IMG/VR virus record: IMGVR_UViG_3300047551_001325
Coordinates: 9,535-73,534 of that record
Origin: a virus
Reading direction: 5' to 3' (one strand)
Length of the DNA: 64,000 bases
Part shown: piece after piece, positions 17,705 to 28,001 of the stretch
Layout: each line of letters starts with the position of its first letter
How positions within the stretch are numbered: the first letter of the stretch is position 1
Made by a program: the position numbers and the translations under genes
The notes under the pieces: generated by a model
What the model was told of the DNA's origin: nothing
What the model saw: the letters and a program-made list of their open reading frames with translations, nothing else
The model's database searches: none

Positions 17705-19385
17705 TTTCTGGTCACCAAGTTACAGAGCTTCTTCTAGTGACTTAACTGTTGCTATATCACCCCTTGGTTTAGTTGAGTTAGCTGACGAAGAGTTTGAGGT
17801 ACACGGACCTAGGCTGAACAGATACAGCGCTTGTTGGGCTTGGTACCTTGGTCACCACTGGTCTTACCGTCGTGAACAGGGTGAGCAAAACATCACTCTA
17901 AATTACACAAGAACGTTTGCTGACTACATTACAAACTTTTGTTTTGGTAAAGGTCTTCAATGGAAAGTGCCAGAACAAAATGCTGCAATCATTCCCCATC
18001 TATTACATAAAGTCTGGGAAATAGACAACTCAAAGCATAATGTGCTTTGGGAAATGGGGCAGTTAGCCGGCGTTACTGGTGACTGCTTCGTAAAGGTTGC
18101 TTACGAAGAGCCATACATTGACCCACTAGGAATCATGAATGAGGGACGAATCAGAGTAATTCCTCTAAACCCAGCGCACTGTTTTCCCGAGTATCACCCA
18201 CACGACCGTGATCGACTACTTCGGTTTAAACTTAAATACCGATTCTGGGGTACTTCACCTGAAGGAACACGCCAGGTATACACCTTTACAGAAATACTTA
18301 CTGATGACAGCATTGAACAGTACATCAATGACGAACTAGTAGATCAGTACCCTAATCCAATTGGTCGTATTCCCGTAGTGCATATACCAAATATGACAAT
18401 CTCTTCGTCACCTTGGGGTCAGTCTGATATCTGGGATATCATCCCCTTAAACCGTGAGTTAAACGAAAAGATGACCGAAATATCGGACATCATTAACTAT
18501 CACGCAGCTCCGGTAACAATCATTATTGGAGCAAAAGCCAGTCAACTTGAACGCGGTCCAAAGAAAGTTTGGGCAGGTTTGCCAAAGGATGCATCTGTAA
18601 CCAACCTAGAATCTCGTGGTGACATGGCTGGAGCGCTTCAGTACATTCAATTCTTAAAGCGTGTAATGCATGAAATAACAGGTGTACCTGAGACTGCATT
18701 AGGTCAATTCCAGCCGGTGTCAAACACGTCTGGTGTGGCGCTGTCTATTCAGTACCAACCTCTAATGAACCGCTATAACATGAAACGGATTCACTTTACA
18801 AAAGGTCTAGAGAAAGTTAATGAAATAATTATAAGAACTGCTGCTATTTTCCAACCAGAGTTGCTTATATACGACCCCTCTAAAGCTGAGGCCCCAGAGG
18901 GCGATCAACTACCACAACTAGATCCATCTGATCCCCTTACCTATAAGACACAGGTTCACTGGCCAGAACCACTGCCAGTTGATGTACTCATTAAACTTAA
19001 TGAAGCTCAGGCCAAAATGGCAATGGGTCTTGAATCCAAAGAAGGCGCTTTGCGTACTCTTGGTGAAGAATTCCCACGTGAAAAACTTGCTGAGATTTTT
19101 GAAGAACTGCGAGATGACGCTGTTGATCAGGGAGCGCTTGACATGCTTCGCGCACAGATTAACCAAGCAGTTATGCTTGCCACAGGCTTGTTACCTGGCC
19201 CCGAAGGTACCAGCACGGTACCCGCTGGAGGTGCTAATGTAACAAGTGCAGGTTCACCACAATCTGGAGGTCCATTACCTGGTCCTCAAGCAGTTGGTGG
19301 TCCTGTAGAAGGAATGGTAAACAATATAGTTGCAAAGGCATACGGAGCTAGGCTCGCCCAGCGCCGTGTTCCTGATGAAGAATAA
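17694..19385 (+). CDS. Portal protein (SPP1 gp6-like)
   Basis: GDCFVKV, NPIGRIPVVHIPN, GQSDI, NTSGVAL; size and position. Confidence 0.9.
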   Translation: MPIDFWSPSYRASSSDLTVAISPLGLVELADEEFEVHGPRLNRYSACWAWYLGHHWSYRREQGEQNITLNYTRTFADYITNFCFGKGLQWKVPEQNAAIIPHLLHKVWEIDNSKHNVLWEMGQLAGVTGDCFVKVAYEEPYIDPLGIMNEGRIRVIPLNPAHCFPEYHPHDRDRLLRFKLKYRFWGTSPEGTRQVYTFTEILTDDSIEQYINDELVDQYPNPIGRIPVVHIPNMTISSSPWGQSDIWDIIPLNRELNEKMTEISDIINYHAAPVTIIIGAKASQLERGPKKVWAGLPKDASVTNLESRGDMAGALQYIQFLKRVMHEITGVPETALGQFQPVSNTSGVALSIQYQPLMNRYNMKRIHFTKGLEKVNEIIIRTAAIFQPELLIYDPSKAEAPEGDQLPQLDPSDPLTYKTQVHWPEPLPVDVLIKLNEAQAKMAMGLESKEGALRTLGEEFPREKLAEIFEELRDDAVDQGALDMLRAQINQAVMLATGLLPGPEGTSTVPAGGANVTSAGSPQSGGPLPGPQAVGGPVEGMVNNIVAKAYGARLAQRRVPDEE

Positions 19386-19435
19386 ATAGTTGTTTTAAAA
19401 CAGTCATTATCAGCCCAACTAAAAGAGGTTAACTT

Positions 19436-20209
19436 ATGTCAAAATTTGAAGATGGTATTCAGGTTCCCGTAGATCCGGAAGAAGCGCCGGCTCCAAAGGT
19501 TCAGGAAGAAAAGTATTTCTCCGAAGAGGACATCCAAAAGGTGCGCCAACAGGAGAAGGAAAAGATGTATAAGCGTCTTGAAGACGCTGACCATCGTGTC
19601 AAGTCAATGGAAGAAAAGCTAAACATTCTTAGTAGCGAGCGTGAAAAGGCTATTAAAGAAGCCGAAGATCGCGCTAAGAAGGAAGCTGAACTCATTCGTC
19701 AACGTGAGCTTGAAGAACTGAGCGCCAAAGAACTCCTCATAAAGAAAGAGGATGAGTGGAGCCAGCGCATCAACCAAGTTGAGCACGAATGGGGCCAGAA
19801 GTTTGCTGAGTTAGAAAAGCAACGTCAGGCGCAAGAAGCCATGCTTGATAAGGAGCGCTATCTCCAGCAACTAGAGTCTTACCGCCAAAGAAGAATCCAG
19901 GCGGAATCAGAGACGATCATTCCAGAGCTGCGTGATCTTATTTCAGGTAATACTGAAGAGGAGATTGAAAACAGCATCACCGTACTTCGTGATAGAAGTA
20001 CTGCTATAATTGAATCAATCCAGCAGGCGAGTACCCCTCGTTTGAAGGGGGCTCCGGTAACGGCTCCCCCGTCTGGGCCACTGGACAACCAAACGGATTA
20101 CCAAACGGTCAGCGCGGAGGATATCCGCAATATGCCGATGGATCAATATGTAAAAATGCGTGAAAGATTACTGTCAGCAACACGGACTCAGCAACGAGGA
20201 CGTTACTAA
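19436..20209 (+). CDS. Capsid scaffolding protein
   Basis: E/K/Q coiled coil between portal and capsid; C-terminal IRNMPMDQYVKMRERLL. Confidence 0.8.
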   Translation: MSKFEDGIQVPVDPEEAPAPKVQEEKYFSEEDIQKVRQQEKEKMYKRLEDADHRVKSMEEKLNILSSEREKAIKEAEDRAKKEAELIRQRELEELSAKELLIKKEDEWSQRINQVEHEWGQKFAELEKQRQAQEAMLDKERYLQQLESYRQRRIQAESETIIPELRDLISGNTEEEIENSITVLRDRSTAIIESIQQASTPRLKGAPVTAPPSGPLDNQTDYQTVSAEDIRNMPMDQYVKMRERLLSATRTQQRGRY

Positions 20210-20244
20210 ACCCAAACTAACCCTATCCATCGGAGGATATTAAC

Positions 20245-21351
20245 ATGGCATTACCCGCACCCGCAGGTGGAGCAATTACAGGTACAGCTACCGGTTCAGT
20301 GACCGGTTATACTGACGGTAGTTCCGCTCTATCCCCAGCAATCCAGCAAATTTGGTCAAAGGAAATCCTTTTCCAGGCCATGCCCGTACTTCGCTTTGAA
20401 CAGTTCGCTGTTAAGAAGACCGAACTCGGTGTCATGCCCGGTTTGACCATCAACTTCATGCGTTACAACAACCTTTCAGTTGATGAGTCAGCAGGAGCTA
20501 CCCTTAGCGAAGGCACCCGTATGGAGCCCGTAGCTTTGTCCGCAAGCCAAATTCAGATCACCGTAAGCGAGCATGGTAAGGCTGTGGCTGTTACCGAGTT
20601 GCTGCTCAACGCATCTTTCGATGACGTCATGGCATCAGCTTCTCGTCTACTTGGTCGTCACATGGCCCAGAGCATGGACATCCAAGCTCGTAACACCCTC
20701 TACAAGAACGGTGTACCGTTCGGCGGTGGATCAGCAGTTCCTCCAAGCGTTGTGTTTGGTCGTACGGCTGCTTCTACCCGTGGAGCAATAAGCCCCTACG
20801 ACGCCGGTACCCTTGGCACCGCTTCTTCACCCGGTTACCTCAGCCCAGCATCCATCAAGGATGCCGTTGAAGTTCTCGCCGGACAGAACATCCCACGCCT
20901 TGGTGACACCTACGTATGTTTCGTACACCCAAGTCAGAGCCGTTCACTTCGTGACTGGCCCGAATTCATCGAAGTCACCAAGTACGCCGCTCCCGGCAAC
21001 TTCATGCTTGGTGAAATCGGTCGTTTGTACGACGTAGTTTTCATTGAAACCACCCAAGTCAAGAAGGGCCTAGATGCTACTGCATCAACTGCTCCTCTGT
21101 ACGGAATGGGTTCAACCCTTGACACCAGTGCTACTTCTGGTTTCCAAGAAAACGCCGACGCTTACAACGCCATCATGATCGGTGACAACGCCTTCGGTCA
21201 CGCAATCAGCCTACCGGTTGAGCTACGTGACGGTGGTGTCATCGACTTTGGTCGTGAGCACGGTCTTGCTTGGTACGCCATCTGGGGCTTCGGTGTCATC
21301 ACCCACGAAAGCCGTGTGATTCTAAACACACTCGGTGGCGCAATTTCCTGA
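20245..21351 (+). CDS. Major capsid protein (N4-gp56 family)
   Basis: LSEG..., CFVHP, GEIGRLYDVVFIET, DFGREHGLAWY; strong codon bias. Confidence 0.92.
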   Translation: MALPAPAGGAITGTATGSVTGYTDGSSALSPAIQQIWSKEILFQAMPVLRFEQFAVKKTELGVMPGLTINFMRYNNLSVDESAGATLSEGTRMEPVALSASQIQITVSEHGKAVAVTELLLNASFDDVMASASRLLGRHMAQSMDIQARNTLYKNGVPFGGGSAVPPSVVFGRTAASTRGAISPYDAGTLGTASSPGYLSPASIKDAVEVLAGQNIPRLGDTYVCFVHPSQSRSLRDWPEFIEVTKYAAPGNFMLGEIGRLYDVVFIETTQVKKGLDATASTAPLYGMGSTLDTSATSGFQENADAYNAIMIGDNAFGHAISLPVELRDGGVIDFGREHGLAWYAIWGFGVITHESRVILNTLGGAIS

Positions 21352-21369
21352 ACTTAACGTTCAGATGAT

Positions 21370-21410
21370 GTAGTATGGTGGGGGGTAATTCCCCCACCAT
21401 ATTGCTTTAT
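21370..21410 (+). terminator. Intrinsic terminator after the major capsid gene
   Basis: GTAGTATGGTGGGGG...CCCCCACCATATTGC followed by TTTAT. Confidence 0.75.
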
Positions 21411-21435
21411 ATGGTAAAACAAAAAGGAGAATACA

Positions 21436-21693
21436 ATGCCTCGTAAAATTACAACCACTACAAATTGGGCAGAACCAGCAGAAAATCAGGAAGAAGACGA
21501 AGTAGTCGTTGAAGAGCCAATTACGGTTTCTAACACCGACGGTGATCTTGTTAAGGCAAGAGTAAAAGGTACATGGCTCATGATCTGGGGCCAAGCCAAG
21601 TTTGACTTCAAAGACGGTAAGACCTACAAGCTTCCTAAGGATCTTTTTAACTATCTTCGCGCAAACGGAAACATCTACGACACTATGGCTTGA
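21436..21693 (+). CDS. Small hypothetical protein (capsid-associated by position)
   Basis: AAGGAG SD; follows the capsid gene. Confidence 0.7.
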   Translation: MPRKITTTTNWAEPAENQEEDEVVVEEPITVSNTDGDLVKARVKGTWLMIWGQAKFDFKDGKTYKLPKDLFNYLRANGNIYDTMA

Positions 21694-21700
21694 GGTGTAA

Positions 21701-23149
21701 ATGCCTTATATAATCCCCAACGCAACTGATGTTGACGGTACTAAGTTTATTGCCCTTGATCAGGCTGAGCCAGACTCACTTGATTTTCAAATATTGGGCG
21801 ATAGATCTACTGGAGTATTGTCTGGTTGTGCCGTAACTGCTTCTACAACATCTGGAGCGGTAGCTATCGCTAGTGGGTATGTTGCGCTAAGTGGAGTAGT
21901 GTACACAGTATCTGGTGATTCAAGTAAGGCTTTAAGCACCGGCCCGTCATCTGGGTATCGTTTTGATGTCGTTGTTATAAGGTGTAACCCTGCAACAAAC
22001 ACATCAGAAATAACCATTATTGATGGTGTACAAAGTGTTACAAACCCAACATATCCAAAGTCTGCTGCTAGACTACTTACAACAACTGGGGTAAGTACCT
22101 CAACTTACATAACAGAAAACGATGTTGTCTTAGCAGTCGTGTTCCGACAAGGAACAACCGCTCCATCTAACGCAAACATCATTGACAAACGTGTTAATGT
22201 TCCGTCAACTACATCTTTGCGTGGTAGCGCAATACCATCAAACGGCATTGGTTCTGATGGAGACTTTTATTACAAAACCACGGTTGGAGCCAGCTCTGCT
22301 GGGGTTTACGTAAAACGAGATGGGGTTTGGGTTGAACTTTTGTTGAGCGGTGATTCAGGCTCTGTTACACCCATTGGCGCAATAATAATGTGGCCAAGTA
22401 ACTCCACTAGCCCCAACCCAGCTGGTAAATCTTATTGGTTAGAGTGTGACGGAAGTATGGTATCTAAAGCAACTTATTCAGAGTTGTCCGTATTGCTTGG
22501 AACTACTTATGGAGCAGACACTACTACACAGTTTAAACTTCCAAATATGTATTCCGCTACATCAAACTTTGTATCTGGCAGTTCAACTGCAGGAACAATT
22601 GGTGGTAGTTCAACAATAAATATATCTACTAGTAATTTGCCCGCGCACAGCCACAGTTTGAATGGGCATACACATCCTGTTGGTGACCACACACACAATA
22701 TGGCACATGGTCACGGTTCTGGAGAAACAGTGACCAATGGTCAACATAGTCATCAACCTTTGGGTGGACAAGATGAAACACCATCAGAAGGTATTGGTTT
22801 TGTTACTAGGCTTGGTCAAGCAATAACAGGTGTTTTGTACGGTGGTACTTTGGGCTGGTTGAAGGGGTATGTTGTTCCTGGCTCAGCAACTAATGACTTA
22901 ATAGCTGATGGTCTTACCGGTGTTGTTGGACAAGGAATGCAAGTTCACTATACATTTAATACTACTGAGCACACTGGTCATAGGCACGTGTTTGTGACTC
23001 CAGATTATACTGGTACAAGTGGCGGCCTTGTTAATGCATCAGCTGCAACCGGAGCCAGCAGTGGTAATACGGGAAACACAGGAGATGGTTCTCCAATAAC
23101 CTATACACCACCAAACATTAGTATGCGCTGGTTTATTAGAGCAAAATGA
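21701..23149 (+). CDS. Fibre/whisker protein with tail-collar domain and HxH repeats
   Basis: PIGAIIMWP..WLECDG..Y.EL..LG..YG..FKLPN; HSH, HTH, HGH, HRH; ends WFIRAK. Confidence 0.8.
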   Translation: MPYIIPNATDVDGTKFIALDQAEPDSLDFQILGDRSTGVLSGCAVTASTTSGAVAIASGYVALSGVVYTVSGDSSKALSTGPSSGYRFDVVVIRCNPATNTSEITIIDGVQSVTNPTYPKSAARLLTTTGVSTSTYITENDVVLAVVFRQGTTAPSNANIIDKRVNVPSTTSLRGSAIPSNGIGSDGDFYYKTTVGASSAGVYVKRDGVWVELLLSGDSGSVTPIGAIIMWPSNSTSPNPAGKSYWLECDGSMVSKATYSELSVLLGTTYGADTTTQFKLPNMYSATSNFVSGSSTAGTIGGSSTINISTSNLPAHSHSLNGHTHPVGDHTHNMAHGHGSGETVTNGQHSHQPLGGQDETPSEGIGFVTRLGQAITGVLYGGTLGWLKGYVVPGSATNDLIADGLTGVVGQGMQVHYTFNTTEHTGHRHVFVTPDYTGTSGGLVNASAATGASSGNTGNTGDGSPITYTPPNISMRWFIRAK

Positions 23150-23301
23150 CAGAAAAACTGCCTAAACCAACTGGTACTGCTGACCAAATTAAATTACGAA
23201 AAGTAACAGCTGTTACGTCTATGCGGGTTGAACAGCCGGCGCTAAACCAACCGTTGCAAAAAACAGTGCCTGGTAAAGACTCTGCAGATACCCCTACATA
23301 A
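23146..23301 (+). CDS. Small hypothetical protein (51 aa), not in ORF track
   Basis: ATGA overlap; MTEKLPKPTGTADQIKLRKVTAV... Confidence 0.55.
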   Translation: MTEKLPKPTGTADQIKLRKVTAVTSMRVEQPALNQPLQKTVPGKDSADTPT

Positions 23302-23315
23302 GGTAAACTTATATC

Positions 23316-24116
23316 ATGGCAACAATTACAGACATTGAAAATATAGCAAGAACTTATCTTCGAGATTTTCCTAAGTTCTTTCAAACGTCTTTTGATATTG
23401 TTGGTAGAACTTATGATTTAAGTCATATAAATGTTGACTCAGACTCACTATGGGTTGCTGTGTACGCAACGGGATCTGGCTCTGCATCTGCACTTAGCGC
23501 AACTGATTATAGTCTTGATGAAAGAAACGGCGTACTAAGACTATCTAATACATATTCTTCTGGAACAAAGGTTATGGTAGAAGGCTACTACTATGAATGG
23601 GTAACCCCGACCGATTTATCTTTCTACACTCAACGCGCACTAGAAAAACACTTACACACAATTAACCTATCGGTTGACCAATTAGCCGATGTAGTGATAA
23701 ACGCAATTGGTATTGCAGCTATATGTGAATGTTTGTGGGCGTTGATGACTGAATACAGCCGGGACATTGACGTCATTACTTCGGAATCCGTGCATATTCC
23801 AGCCAGCCAAAGGTTTAGAATGGTTCAAGGTTTGCTGGCACAATGGGAAAAAGAGTACGAACGTCACGCCGCAAACCTTAACATTGGATTTGACCGCCTT
23901 GAGGTTATGAACTTGCGCAGAGTTTCTCGCACTACTAATCGTCTTGTTCCGTTGTATAAGCAAAAAGAACTTGGCGATTTTTCTCCAATGGAACGGCTAT
24001 GGCCAGAAATTGATGATGGCATCGTTACTCCAGAAGTTAAGGGAGACCGACTACGCGAAGACGTGTATGTTGACACAACACCACCATCTGGTGCTACTAC
24101 CAACGCATTCTACTGA
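23316..24116 (+). CDS. Head-to-tail adaptor-like protein
   Basis: Position in the neck block; DYSLDERNGVLRL insertion. Confidence 0.6.
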   Translation: MATITDIENIARTYLRDFPKFFQTSFDIVGRTYDLSHINVDSDSLWVAVYATGSGSASALSATDYSLDERNGVLRLSNTYSSGTKVMVEGYYYEWVTPTDLSFYTQRALEKHLHTINLSVDQLADVVINAIGIAAICECLWALMTEYSRDIDVITSESVHIPASQRFRMVQGLLAQWEKEYERHAANLNIGFDRLEVMNLRRVSRTTNRLVPLYKQKELGDFSPMERLWPEIDDGIVTPEVKGDRLREDVYVDTTPPSGATTNAFY

Positions 24117-24658
24117 TGAACCTTCATACTGAACTTTCATTAATAAACAAGCATTTCACAAAGCGTCATAAAGAAGCTGGTGAAGAATTCATTGTATGGT
24201 ATGAGTTTGTTCCACTAGGAACTTCCGCAGCTACAAACAGTGTGTATGACGATGTGTACGACGAGTCTCCATCAGGTATTGGTGGACGCAAGTATAAAAC
24301 TGGTGTTGTTTTACCAGTGCTTTTGGTTTCCGAAGCAGAAGACCAGCGTAGAGCAATTCCAGAAGGTCGTCTAACTTTAGAAACAATTGATGCTTTTATA
24401 CCAATAAAAGCTATGCGAGATTCTGGTATATCAAATGTGTGGGAATACCGTGAGCATTTAAACGACGTTTTTATGTATGATGGCCGATTTTATTCAGTGT
24501 TTGACTACAGGGTTAGGGGCCGCCTAAAAGAGGAAGTGTTTGTACTACTGCAAGGTCAAGAATTGTATGTTGACCAGGAGTTTGTCAATGATGACACATT
24601 TCCTACTCTTACAAGCAACAACTTGCCGTGGCCTACATCCTTACCTCAAATAGGGTAA
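24116..24658 (+). CDS. Head-to-tail stopper/neck protein
   Basis: Position; DVFMYDGRFYSV barrel-like motif. Confidence 0.6.
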   Translation: MNLHTELSLINKHFTKRHKEAGEEFIVWYEFVPLGTSAATNSVYDDVYDESPSGIGGRKYKTGVVLPVLLVSEAEDQRRAIPEGRLTLETIDAFIPIKAMRDSGISNVWEYREHLNDVFMYDGRFYSVFDYRVRGRLKEEVFVLLQGQELYVDQEFVNDDTFPTLTSNNLPWPTSLPQIG

Positions 24659-24718
24659 AATTAAGATAGTTATAGCGAGCGCTATAACAGTCAACGCCTA
24701 GAACTGTAAGGAGACCCA

Positions 24719-25129
24719 ATGTTTGGGAATTCTAAATCTGTATCTCCTACGTCCAGTTCTGACGTTCAAATCTCAAAGCCAAAACCACGAATGCCGTGGG
24801 CTATACATTCCTGGATTACTCGGCTAGAGAAATTTAATGACGGCATTGAAAAAGCCGTAAGTAAGTACCAGGAAGAGGTCAGGCAAGAAGCAGCTCCCAA
24901 CTGGGGTGAAGTTGCATCAACTATAGTGGTTGAGTTTGACAAAAAAACTATGACCGTTAATATTTACTCACCACACCCTGATGCAACACATCTTGAATAT
25001 GGTACACCTGAGGTACCACCAGCACCAGTTATACGTATGGCAGCAATACGAGCTCAGGAAAAGTTAATACCATTTATTAAAGAAGAGTTTGCCAAAATTG
25101 GGCTATCTAGAGGTGGTGCTCATGCCTAA
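24719..25129 (+). CDS. Neck protein (HK97 gp10-like)
   Basis: HLEYGT...PAPVIR motif. Confidence 0.6.
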   Translation: MFGNSKSVSPTSSSDVQISKPKPRMPWAIHSWITRLEKFNDGIEKAVSKYQEEVRQEAAPNWGEVASTIVVEFDKKTMTVNIYSPHPDATHLEYGTPEVPPAPVIRMAAIRAQEKLIPFIKEEFAKIGLSRGGAHA

Positions 25130-25820
25130 TAAGGGATTTCTCCTTGCAGAAGATGCCGCTGTAAAAAACAGGTTTAGCAACTTAACTGTATCTGACGACA
25201 GAAACGCAAGTAGAGAAGTTCAAGTATTTTTTAGATACCCAGAAGGCGAAACAGAGAAAATATACCCATTTATAACCGTCGAAATGGTGGGGTTATCTCA
25301 TGACACTCGACGCCAGTTATCAGAGACTACTCTGTATTACAGCAACAGTGCGTCAGCCTCAAATAATGCTAATTACATTAATTACTACCCATCAGAATTA
25401 ACTGCATCTGAGATGTCGTCAATGGTAAATAACTCTAATGTTTTAGCTGTACACTCATTTATACCAGTTAGTTTGGTTTACCAAATAACCACGCATACCA
25501 GAAGCGCTCTGCATGACCGGCAACTTTCAAGTAAAATACTACGTAGAGTAGTGCCGTTTAGGCAGGGCTTTATTGAAATACCTGAAGATGGTACTATTAG
25601 AAGGTTTGATTTGATGTCATGGTCTACTTCTGACCTATTGGATAGAGAATCTGGTTATAGAAAACGCATATTTAGAAAGATGTTTACAATCCAAATGAAC
25701 GCTGAGATAGCTGCAACTGATCTGACATCAATCAGGAAGGTAGCTTCTGTAGTTGGTAATATATATGATAACGATACGGAAATTCACACCCTAACACCCC
25801 AAATTTCAGAGGAGTTTTAA
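25122..25820 (+). CDS. Tail terminator/completion protein
   Basis: Directly before the sheath; YPFITVE, LVYQIT. Confidence 0.6.
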   Translation: MPNKGFLLAEDAAVKNRFSNLTVSDDRNASREVQVFFRYPEGETEKIYPFITVEMVGLSHDTRRQLSETTLYYSNSASASNNANYINYYPSELTASEMSSMVNNSNVLAVHSFIPVSLVYQITTHTRSALHDRQLSSKILRRVVPFRQGFIEIPEDGTIRRFDLMSWSTSDLLDRESGYRKRIFRKMFTIQMNAEIAATDLTSIRKVASVVGNIYDNDTEIHTLTPQISEEF

Positions 25821-27341
25821 ATGCCTGAATATAAGAATCCAGGAGTATACGTATCCGAGTCGGCATTTTTGCCGAAGGTTCGTAGAGGAGTAACCTCAAG
25901 ATCAGCCGCTGCCTTTTTTGGTGAGGCTTCGCGAGGCCCTTCAGACGCTACTTTAGTGCAATCATGGTCAGAATATAAGACCCTCTATGGAGATCTTTCT
26001 CAAACCTCTGATCTTGGTTTTGCTGTTTACCACTATTTTTCAAACGGTGGTAGAGACGCCTGGATAACTCGCGTAATTGGAAGCACTGCAGTAACTGCTA
26101 CTACGGTTGCAAGATACTACCCTAATGGTTCCGGTAATGCTTCAGCAACACTCTTTACTGCTTCTGCAAAGAGCAAGGGTGCCTGGGGCAACAGTCTTAC
26201 TCTTGAATTTTCAAATGGTAACACTGCTGCTACTGGAACAGTAATGCCCAGTTTTAACCTCGTTATTAAACTTAGCGGTGAAGAAGTTGAACGTTGGAAC
26301 GACTTGTCTCCAGACATTTCAAATAGCCGTTACTTTGTTACTATTCTTAATAACTACTCAAGTTACCTTGCTAGTGTTGTAGCAGGCTCATCCATTACAG
26401 CAAACTCTAGCTGGGTATTTAACTCAACAGCCATAAGCTTTACTAATGGATCTAACGGAAGCGCCGTACAGGATTCTGACTATGTAACAGCACTAAGTAA
26501 ACTTGATGCAGTTGAAGGAGTTTTGCTACTTAATGCAGTTAACAAAACTTCTGCAACTATCATTAACCAGTTCTTGTCAAAGGCAGAATCGCGTGGTAAC
26601 TCATTTGTGATCATTGATCCCGACATGACCGCTTCAGATGTTTCTACCATTGGTGGTTCTGTAGTTGGAAGCTACACAAGTTCTAACTACGGAGCTGTGT
26701 ATTACCCACACCTAACCATGGTTGATCCTTCTAAGACTGGTCCTGGTGCCGTACGCGCAACTGCTCCAGGAGGCGCAATTGCTGGTACATACGTCCGCAC
26801 AGAGATTGAGCGTAATGTTGCCAAAAGCCCAGCTGGTTACAACGTAACTGTTCGCAACGCCCTTGGTCTTGGTACTTCATTTACTGAGGCCCAAACTGGC
26901 ACGTTGTACTCAACATACAATGTGAACGTGTTGAAAGCCGTTCCAGGTGGTGGAATCATCATCAATGGTGCCCGCACCCTAGACAAGTCAGCTCCAGGCA
27001 AGTTCATTTCAGCTCGTAGAACCTTGAACTACCTTAAGCAAGCACTCAAGGAAGGTACTTCATCAGCAGTGTTTGAACCAAACGACTCAAGACTTTGGGA
27101 TCAACTCACTGGTTCGGTTTCAGCTTTGCTTGGAGAGTTCTGGCGTCAAGGTGGCCTTAAGGGTAAGAACGCTTCAGAGGCTTACTACGTAATTTGTGAT
27201 GAGTCAAACAACACGGCTGTAACAGTTGACAATGGAGAAGTACATATTGAGGTTGGCGTTGCACTCCAATACCCAGCCGAATTTGTGGTAATAAACCTGT
27301 CCCAATGGACCGGTGGTTCAAACGCAACAGAAACACTCTGA
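25821..27341 (+). CDS. Contractile tail sheath protein
   Basis: PGVYVSE, GAWGN, AVYYP, GARTL, VFEPND..LW, PAEFVVI. Confidence 0.95.
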   Translation: MPEYKNPGVYVSESAFLPKVRRGVTSRSAAAFFGEASRGPSDATLVQSWSEYKTLYGDLSQTSDLGFAVYHYFSNGGRDAWITRVIGSTAVTATTVARYYPNGSGNASATLFTASAKSKGAWGNSLTLEFSNGNTAATGTVMPSFNLVIKLSGEEVERWNDLSPDISNSRYFVTILNNYSSYLASVVAGSSITANSSWVFNSTAISFTNGSNGSAVQDSDYVTALSKLDAVEGVLLLNAVNKTSATIINQFLSKAESRGNSFVIIDPDMTASDVSTIGGSVVGSYTSSNYGAVYYPHLTMVDPSKTGPGAVRATAPGGAIAGTYVRTEIERNVAKSPAGYNVTVRNALGLGTSFTEAQTGTLYSTYNVNVLKAVPGGGIIINGARTLDKSAPGKFISARRTLNYLKQALKEGTSSAVFEPNDSRLWDQLTGSVSALLGEFWRQGGLKGKNASEAYYVICDESNNTAVTVDNGEVHIEVGVALQYPAEFVVINLSQWTGGSNATETL

Positions 27342-27358
27342 TAAGGAGAGATGATTAA

Positions 27359-27976
27359 ATGGCACGTTCAGCGAGCACAGATCCGGTAAGGAACTTTAAG
27401 TTCCAAGTCCAAATTCAACCCACCAGCAACACAAGACTCGCTACTGTCCTAAGCGGGATTGGAGACCTTGGTTTTGCGGCCATGACCGGTGTTTCAGTAC
27501 AGCACCAAATGGTTGGGTACCGAGAGGGTGGGATGAACACCCACACTCATAAACTAGTAGGCCAGTCCGACTTTGGACCAGTTACATTTAGTCGTGGTGT
27601 AATTGCCGAACAAAGCCATTTGTGGAAGTGGTCAGAGTTTATTCACTCATGGAACCAAGCTGCAAACAACGCAGGGTCAGATTCTAACGTAGATAATGGT
27701 AACGATTATCGTTGCCATATTCTTGTACGTGTGTTTGACCACCCTCACTCAGTTGGTAACTACCAGGAATCTGGTGTTGTTCCATCATCTGCAACCAACC
27801 TTGGTAAAGCACGTCTTGGTATTAAGTTGTTTAACTGCTGGCCTGGTGCCTACACCCTCAGCGACCTTTCAGCTGGAGACTCAGGCATCATTGTTCAACA
27901 ATTGACAGTTCACCATGAAGGGTTTAAACTTGCTTGGAACGCAACAGATATTGCTGCCCTTGCATCTGTTAACTAA
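27359..27976 (+). CDS. Tail tube protein (T4 gp19-like)
   Basis: DPVRNFKF, YREGG, VTFSRG, NCWP. Confidence 0.9.
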   Translation: MARSASTDPVRNFKFQVQIQPTSNTRLATVLSGIGDLGFAAMTGVSVQHQMVGYREGGMNTHTHKLVGQSDFGPVTFSRGVIAEQSHLWKWSEFIHSWNQAANNAGSDSNVDNGNDYRCHILVRVFDHPHSVGNYQESGVVPSSATNLGKARLGIKLFNCWPGAYTLSDLSAGDSGIIVQQLTVHHEGFKLAWNATDIAALASVN

Positions 27977-28001
27977 TTTATAAAATAACAAGGAGAACAA
28001 A

